Source: Chlorokybus atmophyticus
Taxonomy: Eukaryota > Plantae > Mesostigma and Chlorokybus algae
NCBI GenBank assembly: GCA_009103225.1
Contig: RHPI01002112.1
Location: 76,283 to 140,282 of the forward strand
Direction: 5' to 3'
Length of the DNA stretch: 64,000 nucleotides
Each line of letters begins with the position of its first letter. The first letter of the stretch is position 1. The translations under genes were made by a program, and so were the position numbers. The notes beneath the pieces were generated by a model. That model did not search any database. It saw only the letters and a list, made by a program, of their open reading frames with translations, and was not told the DNA's origin. This document shows positions 27,501-39,505 of this stretch, piece after piece.

Positions 27501-29098
27501 TCAATACCCCAAACCAAACACAACTGTGTCTCAAAAGCCACATACCTGAGCCAAAGCATCCGGAGAGGGTTCACCGTTCTTCCCCGGCACCTGTCCAGTG
27601 TTTCCACACATGAGCAACGCGCAGTGGAAGCATGTCATGGTGGCTTCCAATGTATGAGCCACACAACCATCCAAGCCTCATGCCTCTGCCACTGGACAGC
27701 ATCATCCACGCATTGTCGCCCTATACCTGCGGGTGGGACAGGACTCCAACAAGCCCTGCCAAGGCTTCTGGGTGCGCAGCAATGGCGGCTTGAGCTTCGC
27801 AGCCGGCCGCAGCCGCATTGCGCAGAGCACCCGCGGCCAGGAGCCGCACATTGGCATCTGCCAGGCAGCAGACATTACTGTAACGCTCAAGCACACGCAC
27901 AGGCACAGGCACACACAATGCACACACGCACGTACGCACACTTCTGCAACTACACATGCGCGCGCACGCACACACGATGTGTCTCACATGCTTGCACGTG
28001 CACACACAGACAGTTGCATGCAGCAAAGCACCATGCAACAACAGCAGGTGAGCACGAGGTGACTCTGTTCCACAACCCGGAATCCAAGACTGGCTCACCT
28101 AACGATGTCAACAGGTTCACCAGTCCTTCAAGCGCACCCGGCAGGATAAGTATCGTTTGACCGATGCAGGACAGGTTGCCCAATGCGCTGGCAGCGTAAG
28201 CCTGTTTGCAGAACAATCGGTTTTGAGCATGACATGGGTGGGCGAAGGCGCGCACGCAAACCCAAGAGCACACGGCAGCTCTTGAGCGACTTGCAGTGCT
28301 CATTGTGGTTCAAAACATCCCAGAATGCATATGCTCGGCGGCTTGCAAACACCTTCCGTTCGTAAAGGTAGCCACATGCATATTCCCATGCGCATAGCAT
28401 GTGTGGGTGGGTGTGGGGTGTGTGGGAGGGGGGGGGCAAAGCGTGCGTTGCATGTTGTGTAACACTCATGCGGCTTTAATAATGCGCCTAGGCTGTTACA
28501 TGGCTACTCGCATGTACTTGACGAATCCAACAGGCGACCTCTCTGGGCGTCAGTGCAGTTCAACGGCACAGCATTTGATAGGTACGCCGTACCACTTATG
28601 CAAAGGGTGAAAGCAAGCTAACTAGGGCAACATCTGCTGTCCATTTGCCGCTAGTTGAGTGAAACAACCTGTGCGGAGTATTGTTCTCCAAGCTGTTCAT
28701 GCCGTGATTGTACTGCAGCTACCCTGCAGTGGTATAAGCAGAGCTAAACAAGATTCTTTGGCTGTGCGCGCCTTTAATTATGTTCATGCTGTAACTGAAA
28801 CTGAAACTAGCAACAGTGTTACAATGACAGCTGAGCAAGGTGCAACGCGTCTGCGTGTGTGTGTGTGTGTGCTTGTGTATGTGTACGTGTAGAAGTTAAC
28901 CAGACAACATGCCTGAACGCTGGGGTCGGCATGGGAGAGTAGTGGCACGAGATCGGCGGTGCTGGTGGGCTGGTGGCCGACGCGCTGCGCGTGCCCATGC
29001 TGCTTGCCTCCATGGCCAACCACCCCGCCACCGCCTCCGCCGGCTCGCGCCGTGGTGGCCACTGTGCCCTCACCACTCACCAATTGCTTTGCACTCAC
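15537..29098 (-). CDS. Very large armadillo-repeat protein, many exons; exon map incomplete
   Basis: Recurrent ARM helices: AYAASALGNLS, AAGALRNAA, AFAAGAVWNLA, HAAGTLCNLA, AAAGAIWKLA, IAGALKNLT, AAAGAVKNLS, AYAAGTLGNLA, AAGALRNLA, ATQALANLA, ATGALRNII. Asn-rich insert near the C-terminus; TGA at 15537-15539. Confidence 0.85.
21529..21606. repeat. Inverted repeat, 35-bp arms (1 mismatch), 8-nt loop
   Basis: ATACACCACAGGTGAGTTCCATTGGCGTACGTGCC-agcacgca-GGCACGTACGCCGATGGAACTCACCTGTGGTGTAT. Confidence 0.95.
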
Positions 29099-29504
29099 TC
29101 AACCGGTGCTCATAAGCACCGGTTGAGTGAATGCAAAGCAGGCAGCGACCAGCGCATCCTCCCTCCCCCAAACACACTGCCGCCCATGTCCGTCGCTGTC
29201 ACCAAGTGGCTACCACTGAGCGTCTGGGTCAGCTGTCACAGCCCACACACGCTAGGCCAGGCCAGGCAGCAGCTTGGGCGTTTCGCTCTCAAGCTGCTCT
29301 AGGCTTAAGCCTAAACACTTGCAAGCAAGCCACTGCTCTCTAAGCAAGCGGCACCAGAGTAGCCAACAGTCAGGCCAGGCCAGGCTGGTGGGCTGTGTGC
29401 GCAAGCAAGCAGCAAGTCAACCGTTTCCCATCATCTCCCTCTTGCCCTATACCTGCTCCGTGTCGTCCTTTCCCTCGTCCGCCTCCACCTCCGTCGCCCA
29501 GAGC

Positions 29505-29513
29505 AAACCCTAA
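29505..29513 (+). promoter_or_regulatory. Telo-box AAACCCTAA in the ARM/Tctex1 divergent intergenic region
   Basis: Exact AAACCCTAA. Confidence 0.5.
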
Positions 29514-29931
29514 GCTCAGGCGGTGCCCAGCCAGCTTCTGCCCTGCGGCCTGCTCATTGCCTGGGCGACCGGTCCGACCCGCAGGTTGCAACTACCAGCC
29601 GGCGGGCGGGCGCGATGGCGACCGGTAAGTCCTGTCTTAACTGCCGGCTGTTTGATTGCAGAACCGGTTCATCAATTGATTGTTCACTTGCACGTGACCT
29701 GCGACAGCGGCGGTTAGGCCGGACCGGACCAGGCTAGCCCAGGCCAGGCCAGGCCAGGGGCGGCGGCGGCGCACCGCGTACAGTCTAAGAGAACGTGTAG
29801 CAGGCCGGTCCGGAGGCCAAGCGTTCTGTTTGTGGGCGGCCTGGGCGGGTGGTAGGCCAGGCCCGACAGCCATCAGGCCAAGCCTGGCCAGGCCAGGCTA
29901 GGCCTGTCTTGGGCGAGGAGGCGGCAACAAC

Positions 29932-30790
29932 ATGCCTTACGCGGAGGATGACTTGTACGGCGGCGGGGCGAAGGCGGACACGGGTGTGAGTGCTGAGGAG
30001 GTGGAAACCATCGTCAAGGAGGTACAAGAGGAGAGACGACACTTGCAAAACGTTGCGGCGTGGTGGTTAACTTGTCGTAGGCTTGACCATGGCGCCTGTT
30101 GCCTCGGATTGTGTGTCTAGTTTGGCATGTCTTGCATGCAGTCACACCTCATAATATGTGCTAGACAGTGAACAACATGTGTATGGCTGGCAGTCCATAG
30201 AGGGCGTGCTTGGGCAAACGGCGTTTCAGCTCAACAAAATCAACGCATGGACTTCGAACGTAGTGGTAAGTGACAATGGTTGGGGAAGCAAAACGTAACA
30301 GCCAGTTTAAGGACAACTTGACTGATATCTGTAAACACAAGGACTGATTGCTGGCAAACCCAACTCCAACATCATGCTGTTTATCTGGCAGGAAGGCTGC
30401 TTGAAGCAGTTGGCTTCATTGAATCTACACTACAAATACGTTGGTAAGTGCAGTGGCAGCGGAGCGTCGAAGTGCTTTTACGAAGTGTTATATGGTGTAC
30501 TACTGACGAAACCCAACTTGTTTCAAAACACAGTGACATGCAACCTGATTCAAAAGACTGGCGGTGGAGTACATACAGCGAGCACGAGTCTTTGGGACCC
30601 AAGCACTGATGGTAAGAATCTTTAAGTACCAATTACAACCAGGTTGCAAGGTACAACAAGCTAAGGCAATTTAGCGATTTGCCTTGAGCTTGAAGCCAAC
30701 TGTGGGTGTTGCCCCGCAGGCAAGCACACTGTACAATGGGAGAATGTCACTATGCACTGCATTGTGACAGTGTACTGGCTGGCCATATGA
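29932..30790 (+). CDS. DYNLT1: Dynein light chain, Tctex-1 type; 5 exons
   Basis: Spliced: MPYAEDDLYGGGAKADTGVSAEEVETIVKE|SIEGVLGQTAFQLNKINAWTSNVV|EGCLKQLASLNLHYKYV|VTCNLIQKTGGGVHTASTSLWDPSTDG|KHTVQWENVTMHCIVTVYWLAI*. Matches the Tctex1 family end to end. Confidence 0.95.
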
Positions 30791-31098
30791 CACAGCCTAG
30801 CCGTCATGGGATACAATGAGGCCTGTCACAGTGCTCAATCCTGTACAAAACGCAACCAGCGGCGCCAACATGCATAGTCCTCTCTCCAAGCGGGTTGAAG
30901 CAATCAGGCCTTCACATTGTGTAACGATCTGCGTGAGCACACAGTGATGAGCCCATGTCAATGGCAGTGTGAGCAAGAGAGCAATGAACAGTGACCAACC
31001 TGTAGGACTGTTGGCTATGAGGATTGCTTTTGCCGGCTGGCCACTAGCGTAGACCTGATCTGTGTTGATTATAATAGCACTAGTATGCTAGGCTTCAG

Positions 31099-32722
31099 TC
31101 AATCTAGTGACTTGCGCTTGTCCTGCACACAATGCAAGCTTGCGTTTGAAACACAGATGGTGCAGCAAGACGACGTTTTTTAGAACAAGCAACAAACCAG
31201 CTATCACCTTCTTTCGTTTGTGTCGATCGCTCTCATCAGTGTCCCCTTCTCGTTTTCGTTTCTGCAACCGATCACAGTTGGCAACGGACAATTTGTCTAC
31301 AAAACCCAACCACACTGCACCCGTGCGTACTCAACCAAAAGCACCAATCACACATGAATGTGTGATTGGTGCTCTTGAAAGCTCTTGTTGCAAGCTGCGC
31401 TCGACAGCCGCTGCAGTTGCACTGATCAAACACATAACGACCTGAAGCAGCCGCATGTGTACGCACCTGTATATTCATACCCAGCACACCACAACAGTTG
31501 ACGAACGGAACATCTCACCTTGTGCTTTTTGTGCTTCTTGCGCTCAGACTCCCCGTTTGCCACTACACCGCCTGTGTCCTTATTCTTGTCTCTTTCCTTG
31601 TGCTTGTTCTTGTCTCTCTCTTTGTGCTTGTGCTTATGCTTGCGCTCCTCAGGAACTGCTCCAAAAGTAACCTCACCTTTCGCGCTCTGTCACAGCCCGA
31701 GCTCAGGTGCTCAGTAAAGCATGAAGGGAATGGGCTTTGTTTACTCCAGATGACCACACAACATTATAGACAGCAGTGTAGTATTTGCTAACGTACAAAA
31801 ACCTATGCAGAAACACTCGATTGTTAACAACGACCACACTGTGCTTACCTCCGGCAAGTATACGGGACCGGATTCTTCGAGAGTGAATGCTGCGCGCAGG
31901 ACATCAAACGACAATGGTTCAAGCTTTGGGGGCTGCAGAGGAGCTGGCGCCTCCATCAGGTGGCGCAGCTCAAGGCCCTGTCCGCGGCGGATCACTGTGT
32001 CACCAGCGGAGCGGGCGAAGTACCCAGCTTCTGCGATGGACTCCGGCTGCTCTTGCTTCATAGCTTTCTCCAGAGGCTTGCGCAGGTTGAAGTGCGTGAG
32101 CAAGTCGACAGCACCGGTCAGCTCAGGTTCACCTGCAATTGACATTGCACCTCAGAGTGGTCTTGACGACAAGCATTGACAGGCATTTGCAAGCACTCAG
32201 GCAAGTGCACATGCTGTACAGCTGTTTTGGAATGGGTGTATGAAGATTGGCCTTTGCATAGAACTGCAACAAAGGCTGATGTGCAAACCAACTCACATCT
32301 GAGCTGAGTCAATACGTCAATGGGTTATATACTCCAACTAACATTTTACTTCATATCAAGAGCAACTGGGTTGCAGCAGTGCAATGCAAGCTCAGTGCTA
32401 GATCCTTGATAAAGAGTGGCACACAACCGATTTTACCATGTAATATATACAGTTTGTACGTCTGCTCAAGAGTTTTCAAGTCGGCTAACACAGCTGATCC
32501 TGTCACCAATGCAATGGGATTATGTTGCACGCCACCAGACAATGCATCTATCAGCAAACTTCAGACGAGCAGCTGCACATGCATGCGCACACATGCCCTC
32601 TTACGTGGTTCCAACGCGAGACAATAAAATATTACAGCTTCCTTCTTGACAATACGGTCCGTGCCATCCCCTCCGCTGGCGGCGGCGGCGGCACCGTCCA
32701 CAACCGCCGCCGCCGCTGCCAT
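31099..32722 (-). CDS. MED19: Mediator subunit 19 (plant type); 5' exons and last exon tentative
   Basis: ELTGAVDLLTHF...GDTVIRRGQGLELRHL...AFTLEESGPVYLP followed by a KHKHKERDKNK-rich tail and KRKREGD...RHKRKK, as in plant MED19. Confidence 0.85.
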
Positions 32723-32793
32723 TGCCACCTTCACCAAGACAAACCAAACCAACCCAGCAACCTGATGTCCCGACATTAGGTTTTCTGGCAACT

Positions 32794-32976
32794 AAACCCT
32801 AATCTCGCACAAGCCGCACAAGCCGCTCGCACAAGCAGTCTCGCACAAGCTTCAGCCGCTTGGGTCTTACGAGCCCTCTGATATGCAGGCTGTCCTACCA
32901 GTGGCGACATTGGCACAGGCGATTCAAAGATCCGTCCAGCGGTCTGCTTGTGTCCTACTGCGGCGCTGTATGGGCC
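32794..32976 (+). promoter_or_regulatory. MED19/RPL5 bidirectional promoter: telo-box (32794-32802), GCACAAGC repeats, site II-like TGGGCC (32971-32976)
   Basis: Motifs read directly. Telo-box plus site II is the established plant ribosomal-protein promoter module. Confidence 0.6.
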
Positions 32977-33033
32977 CTCTTTCACCCCGGCGGCGGCGGC
33001 TGCGGGGAGGGTGTTGCGGGCGGCTGCGGCACC

Positions 33034-35014
33034 ATGGTGAGTGCGGGAGAGAGAACATCTTGCTTGCTGATCGCTGTCTGTGGCTGTGTTGGGTCTCTAG
33101 CTCTGCTGGAATCGGTGCGTGGCTGGCGGGATCAGCAGCCGCCGTTGTTCGCCGTCTGGAGTAGGGTTGCAGCGGGCGACGGACACTTTGCATTGCTATC
33201 ATCGCGTAGTTGGTGGCATCAATGTGGGTGCTAGGCCAGTTTCCGTGTGCTACACAGCATATGCGACCGGGTGGGAATGCACACATTAAACCGACCTCAG
33301 ACAATTCCGTGTGCCCTGCGATCGATTTAACAGTGACTTGGCTGTGCATGCACGTCGCCAGCTCCTGCTCGATCTGCATGCTAACAACATTTTGTCTAGG
33401 CCGTAAGATTGTTTGTCATGCTACATCTTGTTTCTAGTCCATTCTCAGTACGGACTGAAAGGTCATGGCCGTGCAGAGCTTGTTGCACTTAGATGTTGGT
33501 AAATTGCTGTCGAGGGTACGTATCAAAGTGTATATAATGTGAACATCGCCTTACAGGCGTTCCAAAAAAACACCAAGACTAAGGCGTACTTCAAGCGGTT
33601 CCAAGTCAAATACAAGCGCCGCCGCCGTAAGTTGCATTTGTGCACCCAACCTGCGGCAACAATGCTGTTAGACGTAATATCCCAGTACGACGCGCAGCTT
33701 CATGGTTTTGCTGCTCTGTGCAGAGGGGAAGACCGACTACCGCGCACGCCTGCGTTTGGTAACTCAGGACAAGAACAAGTTCAACACGCCGAAGTACCGC
33801 TACATCGTCCGCTTTGTATCCTCTTCAGTGTTTGTCTGTCTGCATTCTTTCTCAAGTAACTTTTGTTTGTCTCGCTCTTGAGCTGTATCATCAGCAACCC
33901 ATGAGTATCGCACCCTGCATTGTTTGGGAATGCACTGCAGTTATCCCTTGACCAAACTTCAGACCAACAAGGACATTGTTTGCCAAGTCGCCTATGCCAC
34001 GCTGGGTGGAGATGTGACCGTGGCCTCTGCTTACTCTCATGAGCTCGCCCACTACGGACTGAAGAACGGACTCACCAACTACGCTGCTGGTGAGCAGCGA
34101 CTTGTTCATATGCAGTAGTGATGGCACGCGCGGTCGTAGCAGTTACCACCATTGTGTTCTGGCGCTGATCTCGAATTATTGCACAGCCTACTGCACAGGC
34201 CTGCTGCTGGCTCGGCGCTTGCTGCAGACGTACAAGTTGGACTCCGTTTATGAGGGCAACAAGGAGGTAAGTGCGTTGCTTGGAGTTTACAGCTGTCCAA
34301 GGTGCATTCTTTACTCATTTTCGTTGATCAGGTCAATGGTGAGAACTACACTGTTGAGGAGGTTGAGGATGGCCCCCGCCCTTTCACAGCGCTTCTCGAT
34401 GTTGGCCTAAGGCGCACAACCACTGGCAACCGAGTTTTCGGTGCATTGAAGGTGCGCCTGGTTCTGGACTACTTCTGGCCCTGTAGAGTATCAGTCTGAA
34501 TTTATCTATTTGTCAGGGTGCTTTGGACGGCGGTATCAACGTTCCCCACAGCGAGAAGCGTTTCCCTGGTTACGACAAGGAGGGCAAGTCCCTGGACGCC
34601 GATGTGCACAGGCGATACATCTATGGTCAGCATGTTGCTGATTATATGAACTTGCTCAAGGAGGAGGAGCCGGAGAAGTATGCGACACAGTTCTCTCAAT
34701 ACGTTGCTGAGGGTGTTGAGCCTGATGATCTGGAGGACCTCTACGCCAGTGTACACGCTGCCATCCGCGCAGATCCTGCACTCAAGCGTGCCGAGCGCAA
34801 GAAGCCTGCCCAGCCGCAATCGTAAGTGTCCTCATGGTTGTTGGTGCTTATGGCTAGTGTCAGATATCCTATGTATGTGGCCAGCACGTTGCATGATCGC
34901 TGCTCATGCTGTGCTGTACTCAGGTGGCATCCGAAGAAGCTTACCTACGATGAGCGCAAGGAAGCCCTCAAGGCCAGGGTTGCCAGCATGCAGGCACAGG
35001 AGGAGGAAGATTAG
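33034..35014 (+). CDS. RPL5: 60S ribosomal protein L5 (uL18); first coding exon is the ATG alone
   Basis: M|[48 protein letters not shown]...GLTNYAA|[13 protein letters not shown]...[18 protein letters not shown]|[19 protein letters not shown]...KKLTYDERK...QEEED*. Confidence 0.98.
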
Positions 35015-35747
35015 GCCTTGTATAGTAATGTGCCTGCGTTGCTGTGCCTGCCAACAATCTTTTCATGGATTTTGCTGTTGTTCTGCTCTGTGGGTGTGCA
35101 AGTTGTTTGCCAGGGATTGCGGCTGAGTGGCATGGGGCATGTGTCGCCAGTGTCCAGCACATAAAATTCCCCCGCAAAGTAGTGCGCATGGTACGCTGCC
35201 ATGCGTGGGACGCGTGCTATGCGCAGGAATCGTGCCATGTGCGAACTCTAGCGATTGGGCTGGCCCAAGCCTTGGGTATCTTGTACCAACAATGTGCAAC
35301 GGAATGGCACATGGCCTATGCCATGTACACGCATTCTAGCATACCATCTCTTGTGCACAAATATCCCTGGCAGATCTTTTGCACACACGATGGCTTACTC
35401 GCATCTATGGTGAAGCAATGTGCTCCATGCAATCACGTCCGCAGCCAAGTCTGCAGAGAAGAACATCCCAACATTGAATCATGTGATCAATTCAAAGGGA
35501 GTGCCACAATCATTTAAGTTGCTGTGTTGGCAACTGCCATCTGCAGCTTTAAGCCCATCTTTACATGTGTTCTGATGGCGATGCGCGAGACTTATATGGC
35601 ACTTTTCAGGCTCAAATGACGCGAGTATATGGGCGCAGTAATGCATCGTCTCTCTCATATGTTTGCATATCAAAGAATGATAATTTAGTGATTCCTCATC
35701 ACTGACACTGGACGCTTACATGTTAATGATAATAAAGGGTACACATG

Positions 35748-36253
35748 CCCCACCACCCAACCCCACCGCAGCACCTAACTGCCAGCCCCAAACCACAACC
35801 GACTGCACTGGCACAGCATGCGACATTCAGCCACTGACGACCATGCGGGCAAGTCGCGACAGCCTTGCACGCAGTTGCGTACTGCTGACGTTGATACTGC
35901 AACCCTGGCAGCGTCAACAGCAGCAGGGGCGCAGACTGCCAAGAGAGAAGCAGGGCGGCGGGTGGAGAGAGAGCGAGTGAGCAGAGGGAGGGGGAGTCCG
36001 TCTGCTTTGTGCTGCTGCCACAACTATAGCCACACCGGTGCCTAACTGTGGGGACTCTACTTGTGTACAGGTAACTACGCATGCAGGTTGACTAACGGGG
36101 CAAGGGCTTAGCGAAAGTAGCTACCTAGTTTGTATAGGTAGCCCGGTGGTGTAAGAAGTTGTTTGCTGGCGTGTGCAAGTGTGCGTGTGTGTGTGCATGT
36201 CATGTTCACAATGCAATGGGGTCACATGCATAACATTGCATATATGTTACACA
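35748..36253 (+). repeat. PLE 5' terminal direct repeat (pseudo-LTR)
   Basis: Near-identical to 39506-40011; lacks TG...CA termini. Confidence 0.92.
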
Positions 36254-36544
36254 CACTGCCCTGGTTGGTCAGTCCGACCGTCCCAAGCCAGAGGCCAGCC
36301 CAGCGCGCTTGCGCCATTTTGGGTAAGCGGCTGGCTACCCTATGCTTCGGCATGGGTTCGTGCATGCCACATATGCGTTGTGATGTCATGAATGTCATGA
36401 GTGGCATGCGCTCTGTAAGTTGTGAGTGCTTGATCGGGAGCACTCTGCATGTTGAACTAATCTAGACAGCTGCTGTGTTGTTAGCTAGAAATAGTGCCCA
36501 CCCCGTTTGATCATACATAGCAGTGTTGCGAAGGGAACAGCGCC

Positions 36545-39375
36545 ATGGCATCACCAGCAAGGGATTGGCAGAGCATCAAAGCGCGAGTGTTGGACGTGCA
36601 TTGGCATTGGCAGCTGCCAGTGTTGAGAAGATTACGCAAGCGAGTGCTGCACATTTTGCACACGCCCTGGTGCCTGTCACCGACCGAGGACAACCATGTC
36701 ATTTATGTGATATATCTGCTGACTGGCGCGAAGAAGTGTTACGTGGGCATGACAGTGAATTCGGCATTTGAGCGGTATCAAGGGCATTGGAGAGCTGCAC
36801 ATCGTCCGACTGCTACTGTGCTGGAACAAACCATGTGCGAGATACCCGTGCAGTCGTGGGGAGTGTCACCAATAGAGTACATACCTACCTTGCCCAATGA
36901 AACCAATGATGCTTGGCATCACCGGGCTGCATAGAAGAGTGGTTGTGGACGCAGCGTTTGCGTACACATGTACCACGCGGATACAATGTGGAACATGGCC
37001 CCTACAAAAGTGCGAGACTACCACACTGGAGACGCCAGCAGTTGAGGAGGCAACCACAACCACAACCGCATGAACAACCAGGCAGAAATTGTGGCTACAG
37101 AGACTTCTTTAGGCGCAGCCAAAGACTGGCTGAGCGGGTACAACAACAGCGCCTGACCCTTGCCAATCTGCTGAAGTTCAAGCAGCTGAACTTGTGCAAG
37201 ATGTTGAATGTGCTACTGCATACAGCGCCGCAGGACCTGCGCGTGCTACCCAGTCATGTTGCTACACTCACAGAAACCCTGCAGCGTCTGCTTGCCAACT
37301 ACCCAACTGCATTACCGCAAACCCGCAGTGCAAGGCTGCTGATAGCATGCCCATTTGCCAATGGCGCAGCTGATGAACTGCAACTGCAAAAGCTACTATC
37401 ACACCCCTTGCTGCTGGCAACGCTGCCCGCACACCTGCAAGCACGCCTGGGCCAGCCACTGGTGGTGTGGCGTTGTAGTCAATCGGTGGGAAGAATGCTC
37501 TGCAATCGCACAAGAGACCTCCTGGCATCGACCGCCCTGCAGCAAGTGCAGGTTATGTCGGCAGCGCTGTGCGTGTGTCAACAACCGCAGTGGAGAGGCC
37601 AGCTGCATGCAGACCTGAACCATGTAGGCAGCTGTGACTACGACCGCGTGACATGCTCCACCGTGCTGCGCGGGATACTGCAGCGTGGGGCCAAGTTCCG
37701 GAGCCAGGTGCCGGCTGACGTCGCTGTGTGTTTGCCAGCAATCATATTTGCTGTGTCGCATTTTGCAAGCGAACTAGAGGACAAGTGGGGCCTGCCTTTT
37801 GTCTTGCAACAGTGGGTGACAACGTTGCTGTCGCTGGTACGCCAACGTGCGAATGCCATTACCGCCATGCCTGAGTACCAGGGACAAAATGTAAACCACG
37901 CACCGGATACTATGGCGCCGTGGGATGCTGCAGCTTTGCAGTTGCTGCATCGGGACTTTATCATTACAGAAGTGGACAAGTGCACTGGGACTCTAGTAGC
38001 AGTATGCAGGAAGCATTACTGGCTGTGCTTGACGCAAGAATTGGTGACGGAGACATATGAACGTGAAGATGCACAGGCCCAGGCAGTGCTGCAACGGCAT
38101 GCACAATGGAATCAACTGCATGACTACTATACTGCGAAATTACACCAACAGCCCAAGCTGCCGCACTTGTACTTGTTGTTCAAACTACACAAGACTCCAC
38201 CTCAACCACGCTTCATAGCGGCGGCGCGTGACAGTTCACTGGCGGATGCCAGTTTCTGGCTGAGCAGAGGCTATCAATGCATGACACCCATTTGGCATCA
38301 ACTGTGGGAGGTTGTAGTGGGGCTATCAACAGTACACCACAGCTGGATTATGAAGGATTCCGGAGCTCTTGGCAGATTGCAAGCCGCAATTAACACCACA
38401 CGCACAGTGCAAGACAAGCGCCAGCCTTTGTTGCTGTGGACTTTTGACTTCTCCACCCTCTATACACGCATACAGCACACATATCTGCTCGAGCGCATGC
38501 GCCGCTTGGTTAATGCCACATTTCACATGCAGCACCAGCGTACCCGTGCCACACACTTGCACCTGACCGTGAACCCGGACAGATCGGTACAGCACCGGTG
38601 GACAGCAGCAGCACAGTACCGGACGGACGAGGAAGGCACCTGGAGAACATTCACTGCGTAGTCGATGCACAACGTGCTGGCATTTCTGTTGGACAACTTG
38701 TATATACGCACGGCGAGTGATGAGTTGTACAAGCAGCGAGTGGGCATCCCCATGGGCAACAGTGCAGGGGTGCACTTAGCCAATGGTGACTTGCTGACAT
38801 ATGAGTTGGATTTTATGGAACACCTGCGACAACAGGGCCATGTGCAACTGTTGCAGCGATGTGCCACCGGCATCTTGCGCTACATTGATGACCTTTTCGT
38901 CGTGGGAGTCCCAGACTTTGAGCGGCTGCTCTACATGGACCCGCACGTACCCGGAGGAGGCTTGTACCCACGGTACAGCCTCACCGTGACACAAACAGCT
39001 GTGGGTACGAAAATGCCGTTTCTGGACTTGGAGGTGTTTCAAACGAAGGACGGCATTTGTACCAAAGTGTACAGTAAACGGGACTTGCCAGCCTACAGCA
39101 CGATACCGCACCACCGAGCCCCGTTGCCAACCGCAAACACCCCGCACACAGTGCAGCTGGGTGTCATTAGCTCGCAGTATGCGCGCTTCACCCGCGTGTG
39201 TACCTACAGAACACACTTTCTGACAGCCATGACAGATTTAATTCACGCCATGCAGCGTGATGGACACCCCTTGAACAAGCTGCTCACTACCCTCAGGCAA
39301 ACGCTGCTGCGCAGCAAGGAGTACGTCTATTGCGCACCACCCATGCTGTTGTACACGATGGTCGTCAAGAGGTGA
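36545..39375 (+). pseudogene. PLE GIY-YIG-RT ORF; frameshift near 36930, in-frame TAG at 38659
   Basis: VIYVIYLLTGAKKCYVGMT..AFERYQGH, EEWLWTQRLRTHVPRGYN, CVC...HV, RGAKFR, PHLYLLFKLHK..PRFI, TFDFSTLYT, QRVGIPMG, RYIDD, PFLDL, TKVYSKR. Confidence 0.88.
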
Positions 39376-39505
39376 AGGTGAAGCAACACCCGCAGCGCTG
39401 AAGACGTGCACCACCGGCAATGACACACTGCCCAACAGGCATCATGCGCGGGGAGCAAGCTGCGTGGTAAAGCAGCCTGCCCGTGCGAAGCAAATGTAGC
39501 TCCAA

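Noticed and set aside
33037-33556. snoRNA in the long first RPL5 intron
   Set aside because: I found no convincing C/D pair with a terminal stem and no H/ACA layout.
35012-35014. Alternative genetic code (TAA/TAG = Gln, as in some ulvophytes), suggested by TAG/TAA at Gln positions in the TEs and by TGA stops in most host genes
   Set aside because: RPL5 ends with TAG at its expected acidic C-terminus, and no host exon needs TAA/TAG read as sense. C-to-T decay explains the TE stops.
35834-35840. CTGACGA as a hammerhead core
   Set aside because: No stem II or GAAA at a suitable distance; the nearest GAAA is about 270 nt away and has no closing pair.
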